Shown here in pieces: positions 9,389 through 18,949 of a stretch of DNA of 39,289 bases. Each line of letters begins with the position of its first letter. The stretch's first letter is position 1. Source of the stretch: a virus. The translations under genes and the position numbers were made by a program. The notes under the pieces were generated by a model, which saw only the letters and a list, made by a program, of their open reading frames with translations, did not search any database and was not told the DNA's origin. Location of the stretch: positions 1-39,289 of the IMG/VR virus record IMGVR_UViG_3300018839_000003; one strand, written 5' to 3'.

Positions 9389-9835
9389 TGTAACTGTTGG
9401 TTCGGTAATAGTAGGCGTTCCGTTGAAATGAATCTCGACGGAAATTTCACCTTTTGAACCCGCTTCACCGCTCGGCCCTTCGATGGTTGCGATAGTCGCA
9501 GAACCTTCTGTAAGTTTGCCGTTTGGCTCTTCCCATTTAAACCGGGTTAAACGTTCATCTACTTTTGCTTGCTTGCTGAAAATGTAATCCTGGGCCGGGT
9601 CACCGTAATAACGATGGCCTTCAAAAGATAATGTAATTTGTCCACCCATTACAGATGTTGATTTAAGGCCGCCCCCGTCAAGATATCCGGTTTGGTCTGT
9701 ATCTGTATTGTCACCCGGTTCAAAAGAGCTGAAACCGCGCGCGAACCTTACATATGTTGGTTCGGCTGCATCTGGCGTAATATCGATGTGAAATTTATGT
9801 TTTGATTGAATCAAAAAACCTTCATTTTGAGCCAT
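9383..9835 (-). CDS. Major tail protein
   Basis: Track ORF 9383..9844. AAGGAG lies 8 nt upstream of the ATG at 9835 (MAQNEGF...). Position between the tail terminator and the chaperones. Confidence 0.8.
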   Translation of the reverse strand: MAQNEGFLIQSKHKFHIDITPDAAEPTYVRFARGFSSFEPGDNTDTDQTGYLDGGGLKSTSVMGGQITLSFEGHRYYGDPAQDYIFSKQAKVDERLTRFKWEEPNGKLTEGSATIATIEGPSGEAGSKGEISVEIHFNGTPTITEPTVTP

Positions 9836-9836
9836 T

Positions 9837-10247
9837 CTATTCACTCCTTAAAATATCAAGTTCCGCCTGAAACATGGCGGTGTATATGTCGCCCCATTTC
9901 GTTCGCTCCACGAAATTAGGTGTCACGTATAGATCACACGTGACAAAAACAAAGGAGCCGTCCGCACTTGTGACCGCTCCGTTTGTTAAGGTGTCTAAAT
10001 GATCCGCAATTACCTGGCATGTTGAATATGAAAGGCTGCTTTTTTCATGTCTGACCAGTATTTGAAAAGGAAAAACATAATTTTGACCTGAATCAAGGTT
10101 TTTGTTCGGCGCCGTCCCCGGGATCGGAAGGATGGCGATATCATTCCCCGTTATTTCCCCATCGGTCAAGGCTCCGACTGACAAAGGCGTTTTGAAAATA
10201 GGGATATTCGTTTCGATGTGTTTTTTCATCTGCTTCAAGAAATCCAC
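9837..10247 (-). CDS. Tail completion / tail terminator-like protein
   Basis: 136 aa, in the conserved position just upstream of the major tail gene. Confidence 0.6.
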   Translation of the reverse strand: MDFLKQMKKHIETNIPIFKTPLSVGALTDGEITGNDIAILPIPGTAPNKNLDSGQNYVFPFQILVRHEKSSLSYSTCQVIADHLDTLTNGAVTSADGSFVFVTCDLYVTPNFVERTKWGDIYTAMFQAELDILRSE

Positions 10248-10258
10248 CGTTACACCCC

Positions 10259-10606
10259 CTAAATTGATCGCCTTTTTAGTCGTTCAAGCGTCATGATCCA
10301 ACGTGGGAGAAAAGCTGCTTTTGCCGCTTCAAACCACAAGCCCCGTGCGTTCGGGTTTTTGTCTTTTGAAAATTTATATTGCGGATTATAGTAAAGTCGC
10401 CGGGCATATGGCGTGTCCCATATGAGGCGACCGTTTTCAAAGTCTGAACTACGTTCCGAACTAGAGATCAATGCCCCCGTGTCCATCGGCGCATAATAAT
10501 TAGAATCTTTCAGCACCTCAGAAGACAATAAGAATTGCGCCTCGCGATTGAATTCTTCGACACGATCCGGAATGTTGCTGATATCAACCTGGATATTACT
10601 TCTCAT
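10259..10606 (-). CDS. Head-tail joining (minor capsid family) protein
   Basis: 115 aa, synteny within the connector block. The motif DTGALISS...WDTPYARRLYY resembles the minor-capsid / HK97 gp10-like family (from memory). Confidence 0.6.
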   Translation of the reverse strand: MRSNIQVDISNIPDRVEEFNREAQFLLSSEVLKDSNYYAPMDTGALISSSERSSDFENGRLIWDTPYARRLYYNPQYKFSKDKNPNARGLWFEAAKAAFLPRWIMTLERLKRRSI

Positions 10607-10977
10607 GTCAATATCACCTCGTAGTGATGAGGGGCGCCCGGGTTCTCGTCATAGCATTCTTCGACTTTGCTGATCTCGTATTCGCGACCATTAAACGTCA
10701 TTTTTGAGCGCTCTGCAGGCCGTTTGAAGGGCTTTGAATGCGTTCGGTCTATAAACACTTTAGACTGCCCTTCCACGTCGTCACGGACGTTATTCCGTAC
10801 AATCCCGGTGATTGGTTCGACTCTTACCTTCGTGATTGTGACGGGTTCCGCTGGGGTGTCGTCCCAACCGTCATCCCGGCCGGTATATTCTTCATAAGTC
10901 ACAGAATGTATCAGCAACTCCTCCGGGATTGGTTTAGCCACGAACAAACACCCCGCGATATAAAAGGCCCGTCTCAC
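10603..10977 (-). CDS. Head closure / head-tail adaptor protein (start uncertain)
   Basis: Track ORF of 124 aa; overlaps its neighbours by 4 and 44 nt; assigned by synteny. Confidence 0.55.
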   Translation of the reverse strand: MRRAFYIAGCLFVAKPIPEELLIHSVTYEEYTGRDDGWDDTPAEPVTITKVRVEPITGIVRNNVRDDVEGQSKVFIDRTHSKPFKRPAERSKMTFNGREYEISKVEECYDENPGAPHHYEVILT

Positions 10978-11359
10978 TCAAAATGGAAAGCGCGGACGGA
11001 CTTATGCGCCCGGCGTCACGGTTAGAGGCGCCGCTTGAGTTACTCGATCCGCCCCCTGAATAGCTGAAAGAACCGACGCTGACACTGTTCATGCCGCTGT
11101 CTTCTCCCGCGTTCACGGCCGCATCGCCGCCTTTTATGACGTAAAATTCAACCTGTGCCGCTGTTGCCTTCCGAACTAAGTCTTTGACGAAACCATCCGG
11201 CAATGCTTCGAATTTGCCGCCGTATAGTTTGTATTCTGTCACCTCGTCAATGACGTCACTTGCCCGCTCAATATAGCGCTCAAGATCGGTATCGCTTGGT
11301 GCCTGCGCGCCTTTATAGACATTCTTGTAATAGTCCGGTGTGATGTAAGGCATCATCAT
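10934..11359 (-). CDS. Head-tail connector (gp6/gp15-like)
   Basis: Track ORF 10934..11371. The GAGGGGG RBS favours the ATG run at 11359. N-terminus MPYITPDYYKNVY... is typical of connector proteins. Confidence 0.6.
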   Translation of the reverse strand: MMMPYITPDYYKNVYKGAQAPSDTDLERYIERASDVIDEVTEYKLYGGKFEALPDGFVKDLVRKATAAQVEFYVIKGGDAAVNAGEDSGMNSVSVGSFSYSGGGSSNSSGASNRDAGRISPSALSILSETGLLYRGVFVRG

Positions 11360-11370
11360 GCCCCCTCTCA

Positions 11371-11401
11371 TAAAAAAGAGAGAAGGGTTTTATTCCTTCT
11401 C
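11371..11401 (-). terminator. Intrinsic terminator-like hairpin after the capsid gene pair
   Basis: Minus strand GAGAAGG-aataaaac-CCTTCTC followed by TCTTTTTT. Confidence 0.6.
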
Positions 11402-11542
11402 TGCTTTTTCCTGTTTCTTCGCTGCTTTTTTAGGCTTCAAGTCATCTTCTTTGATTTCTTCGTAGCCTTGAAACTTCAATTCTGCAATTTTTCCCGCGTC
11501 ATCTTCTCGTAAAATTACATTCTCTTTTCTCAAGATTGCCAT
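11390..11542 (-). CDS. Hypothetical 50-aa protein after the major capsid gene (MAILRKENVILREDDAGKIAELKFQGYEEIKEDDLKPKKAAKKQEKAEKE)
   Basis: Hand-translated. GGAGG RBS 8 nt upstream of the ATG at 11542. Confidence 0.55.
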   Translation of the reverse strand: MAILRKENVILREDDAGKIAELKFQGYEEIKEDDLKPKKAAKKQEKAEKE

Positions 11543-11556
11543 GTTATCAACCTCCA

Positions 11557-12444
11557 TTAAGCTTGTGCAGTGGTGACGTGAGAAGTAACCACGCCATCAG
11601 CTTTGTTTTTCAAGACGAAAAGATCATGATATAGGCGGTTTTGGTACAGGTATCCATCGCCTTGCGTGTGCTGCCCTGGCGCGAACAAGTAAATTGAGCT
11701 TTGTTTTACTTTTGCGACGATTGAGCCTTTATAGACGATGATCCAGTTAAGAGCGAATGATCCTGTCGCGCTTTGGAATCCAGTTGTGAAGTCGTAAGAA
11801 GTGTGGAAACGGTTAGAATCCCAAACCTCGACCAAGCGAACGCCATCAATGCTTGTCACACGCGTTTCGATGGCTGTGCCTTGGTTTTGCACTTGGATTT
11901 GTCGGTTGAAATCCTGGCACTGCTCAAGCGCGTCCATTGTTTGGCTTGAAATGTAGCAAACAAGGTTTGCCGGGCCGTATTTGCGGACTTTTAGAATGTC
12001 GCGTTTAATAGCAGGGTAAACAGTATCTTTCGTCAAATCCTCAGCAGTTGCAAGGTTTTTATCAATTGATTTTGTCGCAAGTTTTGAGAAGCGATAAGCG
12101 TCGATTTCCGGCGCTGCGTGTTCAGTGATAAAAGTACGTGTGATGTTTGCCGCGCTTGCTGCTTGGTTTGATTCGTCAACGTCCATTACATCAACAAAGA
12201 ACTCAACGTCACGGTCAAAACTGAGTGTATACGGCTCGTTCGTAGTTGTAACGTCTCCACGATTGAAACCGCCGTTACGTGAGTGATTCTTATAGCCAGT
12301 CAGGGAAACGGAAGGCACATGAAACGTCTTCGCATCTAACCAATTAACGCTAGGCGTTTCGAGTTCTGTTGTAAGCATTGATTGCTGGAAAACCTGGTCT
12401 AACTCCTGAGTATACTTTTGAGCGTAGTTAATAGCGTTTGTCAT
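11557..12444 (-). CDS. Major capsid protein
   Basis: 295 aa, directly after the scaffold gene. AGGAGGAAT RBS. Followed by a terminator-like hairpin. Confidence 0.85.
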   Translation of the reverse strand: MTNAINYAQKYTQELDQVFQQSMLTTELETPSVNWLDAKTFHVPSVSLTGYKNHSRNGGFNRGDVTTTNEPYTLSFDRDVEFFVDVMDVDESNQAASAANITRTFITEHAAPEIDAYRFSKLATKSIDKNLATAEDLTKDTVYPAIKRDILKVRKYGPANLVCYISSQTMDALEQCQDFNRQIQVQNQGTAIETRVTSIDGVRLVEVWDSNRFHTSYDFTTGFQSATGSFALNWIIVYKGSIVAKVKQSSIYLFAPGQHTQGDGYLYQNRLYHDLFVLKNKADGVVTSHVTTAQA

Positions 12445-12462
12445 TATTTAAATTCCTCCTTA

Positions 12463-13089
12463 TCATTTGCCAAACAAAGCGCTGGCGAATGAATCTGTTT
12501 TAGTTTGTTTTTTGTGGTCGCCGACAGTGTAGAATGCCGTGTCATCTTCTTCACTGGATCCACCTTTGAAATGCGGGTACTTTTCGAGCACCTTCGCAAT
12601 GGCTGCATTCATGTCCATTTCGTCAGATACAAGGGGTTTAGCAAGTGTCACGACATCCTGAACCGCATCCGATTGCACCCCGGCCGTAATAGCCGCCATT
12701 TGAGCCTTGAGGCTTTCGTTTTCGCTTGCAAGCTTTTGAGATTGGGTTTCATACTCTTGCAAACGTTCGGCCTGTTTCTGCGCCTCTGTTTTCTTCGAAT
12801 CCTCAATTTCTTGCAGTTTTTGGAGTCCCTCTTTCGCACTTTTGAAATCTGAAACACCTAACTGTTTCAAAAGCTTTTCCTGTGCTTTCTTGGCTTCCTT
12901 GGCTGCAATGCTGCTCACATCTTCCTGTGTGAACGTTTTTTCTCCCTCTTGAGAAGGGTTTTGCGGGTCTTGTCCGCCCTGTTGTTGTCCTTCCGGGTTT
13001 GCTGCCGGATCAGCGTTATTTGTAGCACCTGCGCCGCCTTCGCCTTCTTCTGCGAAATGCTGCAAGTCCAGTCTTAAAAATTTATCCAT
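12463..13089 (-). CDS. Capsid scaffolding protein
   Basis: 208 aa. LDLQHFA motif near the N-terminus, then a low-complexity region and a long coiled coil. Confidence 0.8.
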   Translation of the reverse strand: MDKFLRLDLQHFAEEGEGGAGATNNADPAANPEGQQQGGQDPQNPSQEGEKTFTQEDVSSIAAKEAKKAQEKLLKQLGVSDFKSAKEGLQKLQEIEDSKKTEAQKQAERLQEYETQSQKLASENESLKAQMAAITAGVQSDAVQDVVTLAKPLVSDEMDMNAAIAKVLEKYPHFKGGSSEEDDTAFYTVGDHKKQTKTDSFASALFGK

Positions 13090-13177
13090 ACTAAAACCTC
13101 CCGAATGGGTAAAAACTTCTGTTTTATTTACCGCCCACTACAGATAAACGGGCAAGAAAAAAAGCCGCGTCAGCGAC

Positions 13178-13348
13178 TTACTTTTTGCAACCTTTGAATA
13201 GTGTTAATTGGAATTGAAATTCACTCCATTCCGGTATATACATTTTGTCGCCGCATTTAGAGCAACGAAACCAGCTAGGACTTTTCACAAGTTTGTAATC
13301 ATGTCTTGATTGTCCAAATTTAATCCGTAGCCATTTCAAAAGTTTCAT
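13178..13348 (-). CDS. Hypothetical small protein with a C..CSKCG motif
   Basis: Track ORF 13178..13363. A GGAGG RBS precedes the ATG at 13348 (MKLLKWLRIK...). Confidence 0.5.
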   Translation of the reverse strand: MKLLKWLRIKFGQSRHDYKLVKSPSWFRCSKCGDKMYIPEWSEFQFQLTLFKGCKK

Positions 13349-13374
13349 GTCTTTTTCCTCCAAAATAAAAAGCC

Positions 13375-13527
13375 TTATCCCAAATAGGAAGGCTCTTTTT
13401 TCGTCTCTGGTCTTTTTGTTTGGCTTAATAGCAAATCACGGACAACTTTCTTTAAATCCTCGACATCGCTTTTTAATTGGTGGAGTTCCTGCTGCGTTTC
13501 CTCATATTTTTTCTTTGAAATGAACAT
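13375..13527 (-). CDS. Hypothetical 50-aa coiled-coil protein (MFISKKKYEETQQELHQLKSDVEDLKK...)
   Basis: Hand-translated. GGAGG RBS. The start overlaps the upstream stop (TAATG). Confidence 0.5.
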   Translation of the reverse strand: MFISKKKYEETQQELHQLKSDVEDLKKVVRDLLLSQTKRPETKKEPSYLG

Positions 13528-13694
13528 TATTCAACCTCCTTCTCTTTTGTTGCGGCATTGACACCCCAAACAAAGCCATTGATAAAAACAAACGAAACTA
13601 TCATTACTTCAAAAGTAGAAGTAGGCTTCGTGATATAAAAATAAAAAACACCTAACAAAAGGTGTAATAGCAAATGAATTACAAATTTCAACAC
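13527..13694 (-). CDS. Hypothetical 55-aa two-TM membrane peptide (GTG start)
   Basis: Hand-translated VLKFVIHLLLHLLLGVFYFY...FVFINGFVWGV.... A GGGGG RBS lies upstream. Confidence 0.4.
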   Translation of the reverse strand: MLKFVIHLLLHLLLGVFYFYITKPTSTFEVMIVSFVFINGFVWGVNAATKEKEVE

Positions 13695-13702
13695 GGAACC
13701 CC

Positions 13703-14818
13703 CTAATATAAAATCTGCTCCCGCTCCCGGCGTCGAGTGCGGCCTGTCTCTTCGATAAACTCCCTCATTCGCTTTTGGCGCTTCAAAATTTTTGCCCTAG
13801 CCTGCTTTACCCCGATTTCATCACCCGCTTTTTCACACATGGCTAATTCTCGTTTTGCCTTCCGGATGTTGTTTTCAAGGCTCCGCTGCCGCTGGCTGTT
13901 TTTGTATGCTTCGGCGTTTTTCTGAGCGTCTACAGGGTAATATCTCTGCACTGATATGCCTGGCACAAAAGGGTATTGGAAATGCCCGCAGTTAATGCCA
14001 AATAACCCGTCAGGCTCCCCTATGCTTGTGCTTGATAAGGGTTTGTATTTCTTGTCCCTGCCGCTCCTGCTGAATATCCGGCCCTGATACGGGGCGCATT
14101 TCGGCCGGGCGCCAATATGGGAACTAATTTCAACCAAATCAATGCCGTAACTATCAAAACGCGCGTCCTGCATTTCGTTTGTAACGTTGTTTGTGGTGGT
14201 TCTGATAATTCGGTTCACATATGCTTCGGCGTACTCTTTTTTCCCGTCTCTTTTTCTCAAGACAGGAATACCTTTGTCAGCCCATTTACTTATGGTGGTT
14301 CTGAGGGCTTCCTGCGGCGTTTTTAAGCCGGTTAATACATCGGCCTGTGTTTTAGTCAGGATGTCGATATAAACCTGTTGGGCGCCCGTTAACATGCTTG
14401 TATTGATCAGGTTGAATGAATCCAGAGCCTGCCTTTCGAACGCGTCTAAAATCGCCCAAATGGACGGGTCTTGTGCCACGGGTGCCGCTGCTATGATGGC
14501 CGCACCTTGTTTAAGTGCATCCTGCAGCACCTTCTCGTTTTGATCGATGCCCTCAAAGCCTGCCTCTTTCAATATTTTCTTTACCAGGGGTGGAGCCAGG
14601 CCGCTTTTTTTCGAGATAATTTCGATATTCTGCTTCGTTAATCCGCCGATCTGCTGTATTTTCATGTTGTACCACTCGGTTATGTTCTGATCGAGCAACT
14701 CTTTATGATGGCCGAGACGAATGGCGACACTCTCTAGGATTTCAGTTTGAATTGCTGAATACAGTTGAACGATGGGCCATGTTATCTGCTCCATCCGCTC
14801 TGTTGTCAAGCGCGCCAT
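13703..14818 (-). CDS. Minor head / head morphogenesis protein (Mu F / SPP1 gp7-like)
   Basis: 371 aa, directly after the portal gene, with a basic C-terminus. Confidence 0.8.
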   Translation of the reverse strand: MARLTTERMEQITWPIVQLYSAIQTEILESVAIRLGHHKELLDQNITEWYNMKIQQIGGLTKQNIEIISKKSGLAPPLVKKILKEAGFEGIDQNEKVLQDALKQGAAIIAAAPVAQDPSIWAILDAFERQALDSFNLINTSMLTGAQQVYIDILTKTQADVLTGLKTPQEALRTTISKWADKGIPVLRKRDGKKEYAEAYVNRIIRTTTNNVTNEMQDARFDSYGIDLVEISSHIGARPKCAPYQGRIFSRSGRDKKYKPLSSTSIGEPDGLFGINCGHFQYPFVPGISVQRYYPVDAQKNAEAYKNSQRQRSLENNIRKAKRELAMCEKAGDEIGVKQARAKILKRQKRMREFIEETGRTRRREREQILY

Positions 14819-16329
14819 TAAGCACCGCCGCCAAATTGAGTGTCGATGTCCGGCATTTCATCCGCTTGCTCTTCCTGGGTTTCCTTAATGAGTTCCTTCG
14901 CTTCCTCTGGTGGAATCTTGAGGATGTACTGCAGCGCGTACCATTTCGGAATGTTCCCGTTATTCTGCAGCTTGAGCCAGAAATTCGAATCAGAATCACG
15001 ATCCTCTACAATGGAATCATCAAAGTCGATTGTCACAACATAATCTTTTGCTGGTGTGAAAATCTTGTGCGTCTCTGCCACTTCACAAATGGTTGTAACC
15101 AGTTCTTTTAAGCTTTCTTCGATAATCGTTTCATGGCTGTTTTTCGATTTATAGGTTTTGCTGTTCTCGCTGACGACTTCCGTTGCTGTTTTCAGCCCTT
15201 GGCCGTCAAATGTGAATGTCCCGGCGCTAAACCCTAATTTCATAGATACCACATCTAATTGAGTTTGTAGGGCTTTGGCGTGCTCCTCGACACGCAACTC
15301 AACACTTGTATCAACAATCTGTTGGCTCTCCATATCTTTAAAACTCATCGCGAGAATTGCCTCGTCGTTCGCGTCAAAATAACGGTGTCGTTCGCCCGTT
15401 TTTGGGTCTATGACGTAATTAATGGCTGAGGCCGGAACAATAATCCGCTTTTTGCCGAGCCTGAATTCACGCAGGAAACTGTCGTAAATCGTGTCTAAAA
15501 TCAAAAGGTCATCAATCGCATTTGCAAACAAAGAAATCCCCAATGGTGATTGGAGATCGATATTGTTCGCGATATTCGGCTTTGTATAGATGAATGTCGG
15601 CCGCGTAAGTTTGGAATATACAACTTCACGCTGCAGATTATCATAGATGGTACTTAGAGGGACTCGTGTTCCTAGCGTGCTTTCGTCAGACGATTGGAAT
15701 AATTCATTTCTGACAACGAATTTCGGGCCGTCCCAACGGTTCCACTCAAGCAACGTATAATAATTGTCGCCTTTTTTGAATGTGCTCAAGAACACGCCCT
15801 CTTCAATCCGTCCATTTGAATAAGACAACGGTATAAAGCAGTCAGCAGTGACAAAACTGATCTTGACCTTCTTTTGCTCGAGCCGGTCTGTTTGTGGGTA
15901 CACTTTCATAACCATGCCACCAAGCGCAAACATGTATTCAAGGTGATCCTGAAACATTTTATAGAAATTGTTGTCCGCGAGAACGTTTTGAATATTTGCG
16001 GCCGTTGTATCGTCAGAAATGTTTATTTTGCATCGTTCGTTGAAAATGAGGCGCGCCATTTCCTCGCTGGCCGTCTTCGGCATGTTCAGGCTCTTCATGC
16101 GCCTGGTCGTTTTGCCGCCGCCGATTGTCGTATATTCAATTTCGTGGAAAGGCTCTTCTTTGTAATTCATTAACTCTCCCTGATACAGTGGGAGCCAGAC
16201 GTTTTCGATATACGTATAAAAGGCATCCGTTGCAGGAATGCCTTCTAAATCTGTGATTGATTGGATTTCGTTGATAATACCCATTTTCTGCAGCACCCCC
16301 TTTATCTTTGCGACTAGACCCTTGAACAT
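14818..16329 (-). CDS. Portal protein (SPP1 gp6-like)
   Basis: 503 aa. Size and position are typical, and the C-terminal tail is acidic. Confidence 0.85.
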   Translation of the reverse strand: MFKGLVAKIKGVLQKMGIINEIQSITDLEGIPATDAFYTYIENVWLPLYQGELMNYKEEPFHEIEYTTIGGGKTTRRMKSLNMPKTASEEMARLIFNERCKINISDDTTAANIQNVLADNNFYKMFQDHLEYMFALGGMVMKVYPQTDRLEQKKVKISFVTADCFIPLSYSNGRIEEGVFLSTFKKGDNYYTLLEWNRWDGPKFVVRNELFQSSDESTLGTRVPLSTIYDNLQREVVYSKLTRPTFIYTKPNIANNIDLQSPLGISLFANAIDDLLILDTIYDSFLREFRLGKKRIIVPASAINYVIDPKTGERHRYFDANDEAILAMSFKDMESQQIVDTSVELRVEEHAKALQTQLDVVSMKLGFSAGTFTFDGQGLKTATEVVSENSKTYKSKNSHETIIEESLKELVTTICEVAETHKIFTPAKDYVVTIDFDDSIVEDRDSDSNFWLKLQNNGNIPKWYALQYILKIPPEEAKELIKETQEEQADEMPDIDTQFGGGA

Positions 16330-16341
16330 TGTGTCACCGCC

Positions 16342-16980
16342 TTATTTATCCGTTTCTTCTGATAGCTTTTGCATAATGCCGAGTTGGATCTTCTCTTCCC
16401 ATTCCGGCAAAGCTTTTGCAGCTACACCGCTGTACCACGGCTTTACCGTCTTTGCTGAAACTTCCTCCGTAAAATTGCTCACTTTTCCGTTTTTACCGAT
16501 TGCCCGGACGCGATAAAACCATCTTTCATTTACACCCACCTCATGCACAAATTCATGAGTTTTACTTTTTAATAAAAGGGTGGAATAAGTTGCTGCGAAT
16601 CCCGGTTCCCGTGATCCGTAAACCTCATAATGGTCTGCATCAGGGTCGCGCATCCAAGATAGATAGATTTGAGTAAATAAAGGTTGAGCACAAACGGTAG
16701 GCGTTAACGGTTTGTTTGATGGGGGCTGTATCGTCCCGGCTATGATCTTGTCGGCTGTCAGGTCTTTGATTTTGGCATCATGTTTTTCTTCGTTTCCGGA
16801 TAGATGTTCTACAATGCGCCTACAAACGTCAAGTAATTCATTTTTTAATTTTTCATCTATGTTCAAAAGAGAAAAATTCATTGTGCTGCCATATATGCAC
16901 TTTTTGCCCTCGAACGCACTATATTCAATTTTAGAATCTGTTCCTGAAAATTCCGCCGATCTGATTTTGATTTCTTTCAT
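16342..16980 (-). CDS. FN3-domain protein of unknown role between the terminase and portal genes
   Basis: 212 aa. AGGGGGA RBS. FN3-like segment ...YLSWMRDPDADHYEVYG...WFYRVRAIGKNGKVSNF. Shares the motif DL(T/S)ADKI(I/T)AGTI with Tal. Confidence 0.7.
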   Translation of the reverse strand: MKEIKIRSAEFSGTDSKIEYSAFEGKKCIYGSTMNFSLLNIDEKLKNELLDVCRRIVEHLSGNEEKHDAKIKDLTADKIIAGTIQPPSNKPLTPTVCAQPLFTQIYLSWMRDPDADHYEVYGSREPGFAATYSTLLLKSKTHEFVHEVGVNERWFYRVRAIGKNGKVSNFTEEVSAKTVKPWYSGVAAKALPEWEEKIQLGIMQKLSEETDK

Positions 16981-16982
16981 GG

Positions 16983-18284
16983 TTATCCCCCTATCACATA
17001 AGTTTTATAGAAATGGTTCACGCTATAGCGAAACTCATCCATTGCGTGGTTATTCTCATCAATTGGCTTACCGTTGTCATCCCGGCAGTAAAGCCCGGTT
17101 TCTTTAATGAAGTGGTAATGATCGAATTTGTCATCATCGACCAAGAAGAACAATCCTTCTGATAGCGCGTTCTGTGCCCGCTCAATACCGACCTCAATGC
17201 CTTTCGATGTTCCTTTGATGTCCTTCGCGTTGTTGTCAGCCCTCGTCGTATCAATCCCGAGCAAATGCAATTCCTCTCGTAATGACTTACAGGCCGGATC
17301 GACAAAGAAATCCGCATAAAACATCTGATATTTTTCAGTGCAGTATCTAACAAACTCTTTGATTTCCTTTGCGTAAACACTCATTGCCTTGACTTGGCCT
17401 GTCTCGGCCCCGGAATGGTAATAATGAGCCACGCGATTAAGCCTGTATTCCTTCCGATTGGCCTTTTTGTTGTCAATCATCGTTACGATGTTGCATGAAA
17501 CGCTCGTCGCATCAGATTGACCACCATCAGCCGAGAAAAACATTTGAACAGGCTTCCCGATGAGTGTTTTTGTTTCGTGCTGCTCTTGGTCGAACATGCT
17601 GTAAATGACGCCTTGAGGGTTCACACGCCGCCCTTCCCAGTCCCTTTTCAGGAGATATGGGTTTTTGACAAGCGTGTTGTAAATCTCCCGTTTCCGTTCA
17701 ACGGTCAAAATCGGGTTGTCGTCGATTGTCCAATGCGTCCAGCGTGTGTCCTGAACCTCGAATACGTCCTTAATGACCGGATGATTTGGAGCCGGAGGGT
17801 TAAGATCGGCCAGATGATAGCGCATCTTTGCCGCGAATGTCCGCCGGAAGCACTCCTGAATCATATCCATGTGCAGCAGATTGATTTCACAGAAGACGAC
17901 AGAGCCGAGAGACATACCCGTGATGGCTTTCACGCTGTCCACCTTACCGCCGCCCTTGTAATACACTTTCTTTATGCCTGATGGCGTCTGCACTTCTAAA
18001 TGGTCGCCCAAATCGTCATGCTTGACCTTTGCCAGATTCCCAAATTGATGCTTTAAGCCGGTTCCGTCTCCGTCAATGAAAAGCCTGTATGCTTGTTCCT
18101 GGTTATAGGCCACAATCAAATGGTTCTGGTCAGGCGTCAGGCTCAAATAAAGCGCATAACGAAAATGCCCCGCTGTCGTTTTTCCAGAACGGGGCGTACC
18201 TTCGTTGGCCTCTAATGTGTGATCGAATGGCCTTGTTATGATCATTTGTTGTTTTGGCGAAAACTTAATTTCCATCGCCTTCAC
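16983..18284 (-). CDS. terL: Terminase large subunit (PBSX / Terminase_3-like)
   Basis: 433 aa. Walker A-like GTPRSGKT. The probable start is the ATG at 18275 (MEIKF), after AAGGTGA. Confidence 0.9.
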   Translation of the reverse strand: MKAMEIKFSPKQQMIITRPFDHTLEANEGTPRSGKTTAGHFRYALYLSLTPDQNHLIVAYNQEQAYRLFIDGDGTGLKHQFGNLAKVKHDDLGDHLEVQTPSGIKKVYYKGGGKVDSVKAITGMSLGSVVFCEINLLHMDMIQECFRRTFAAKMRYHLADLNPPAPNHPVIKDVFEVQDTRWTHWTIDDNPILTVERKREIYNTLVKNPYLLKRDWEGRRVNPQGVIYSMFDQEQHETKTLIGKPVQMFFSADGGQSDATSVSCNIVTMIDNKKANRKEYRLNRVAHYYHSGAETGQVKAMSVYAKEIKEFVRYCTEKYQMFYADFFVDPACKSLREELHLLGIDTTRADNNAKDIKGTSKGIEVGIERAQNALSEGLFFLVDDDKFDHYHFIKETGLYCRDDNGKPIDENNHAMDEFRYSVNHFYKTYVIGG

Positions 18285-18936
18285 CTTTGTTCATGGCTTT
18301 GAACAGTTCAGCAACATTTTCGATAAGTGCTGTATCTCCTTTGCCGCCTTTCATCAGCTTGATGCGTTCTTTCGTTAATTCGGTTTCAGCCTTCATTTTC
18401 TCGACTTGTGCCTTCGATAAATCATCAATATGAGCATTTTTAGGATCGAACATACCTAAATGCTTGCCGATCAGCTCAAGCGCCTTCAACGGGTCGCCAC
18501 GCTTCACTTTCGTTGTGACCTTATCAGCTACTAATTCTTCACCGTATGGCACTTCTGTTATTGTTTGCGTCAACTCTGTAATGATCGAACCGTCGATCTG
18601 ATCGGGTGGTAGCAGGGTAATTCGCCCGGTTTCCTCGTCCCATGTCATCAAGTCTCGAATATCAGCAAACGCAAATTTGGCAAGTTGATTAAGCACCCTG
18701 TCAGCAGTAATATTTGTTCGTTTCGAGCGCTTTTCCATTGCCTCAGAAATCGCCTTTTCTATCTTAGGGTTTTTTAGTAGCTTGTGTCCTTCCACGCCAG
18801 CAACGGCCTCGCTGTTTGCTTTGTAGCCCGCTCTCATATAAGCCTGCGTCGCGTTCAGATCGATCAAGTATTCATCCACGAATCTTTTTTGTTTCGGCGT
18901 CAATTTACTCACTACATCCTCACCGCCTCCAGCCAT
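18265..18936 (-). CDS. terS: Terminase small subunit
   Basis: 223 aa. The motif LTPKQKRFVDEYLIDLNATQAYMRAGY is typical of the Terminase_2 family. No clear SD, so the start is uncertain. Confidence 0.85.
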   Translation of the reverse strand: MAGGGEDVVSKLTPKQKRFVDEYLIDLNATQAYMRAGYKANSEAVAGVEGHKLLKNPKIEKAISEAMEKRSKRTNITADRVLNQLAKFAFADIRDLMTWDEETGRITLLPPDQIDGSIITELTQTITEVPYGEELVADKVTTKVKRGDPLKALELIGKHLGMFDPKNAHIDDLSKAQVEKMKAETELTKERIKLMKGGKGDTALIENVAELFKAMNKGEGDGN

Positions 18937-18949
18937 TCATTGTTGTTGA

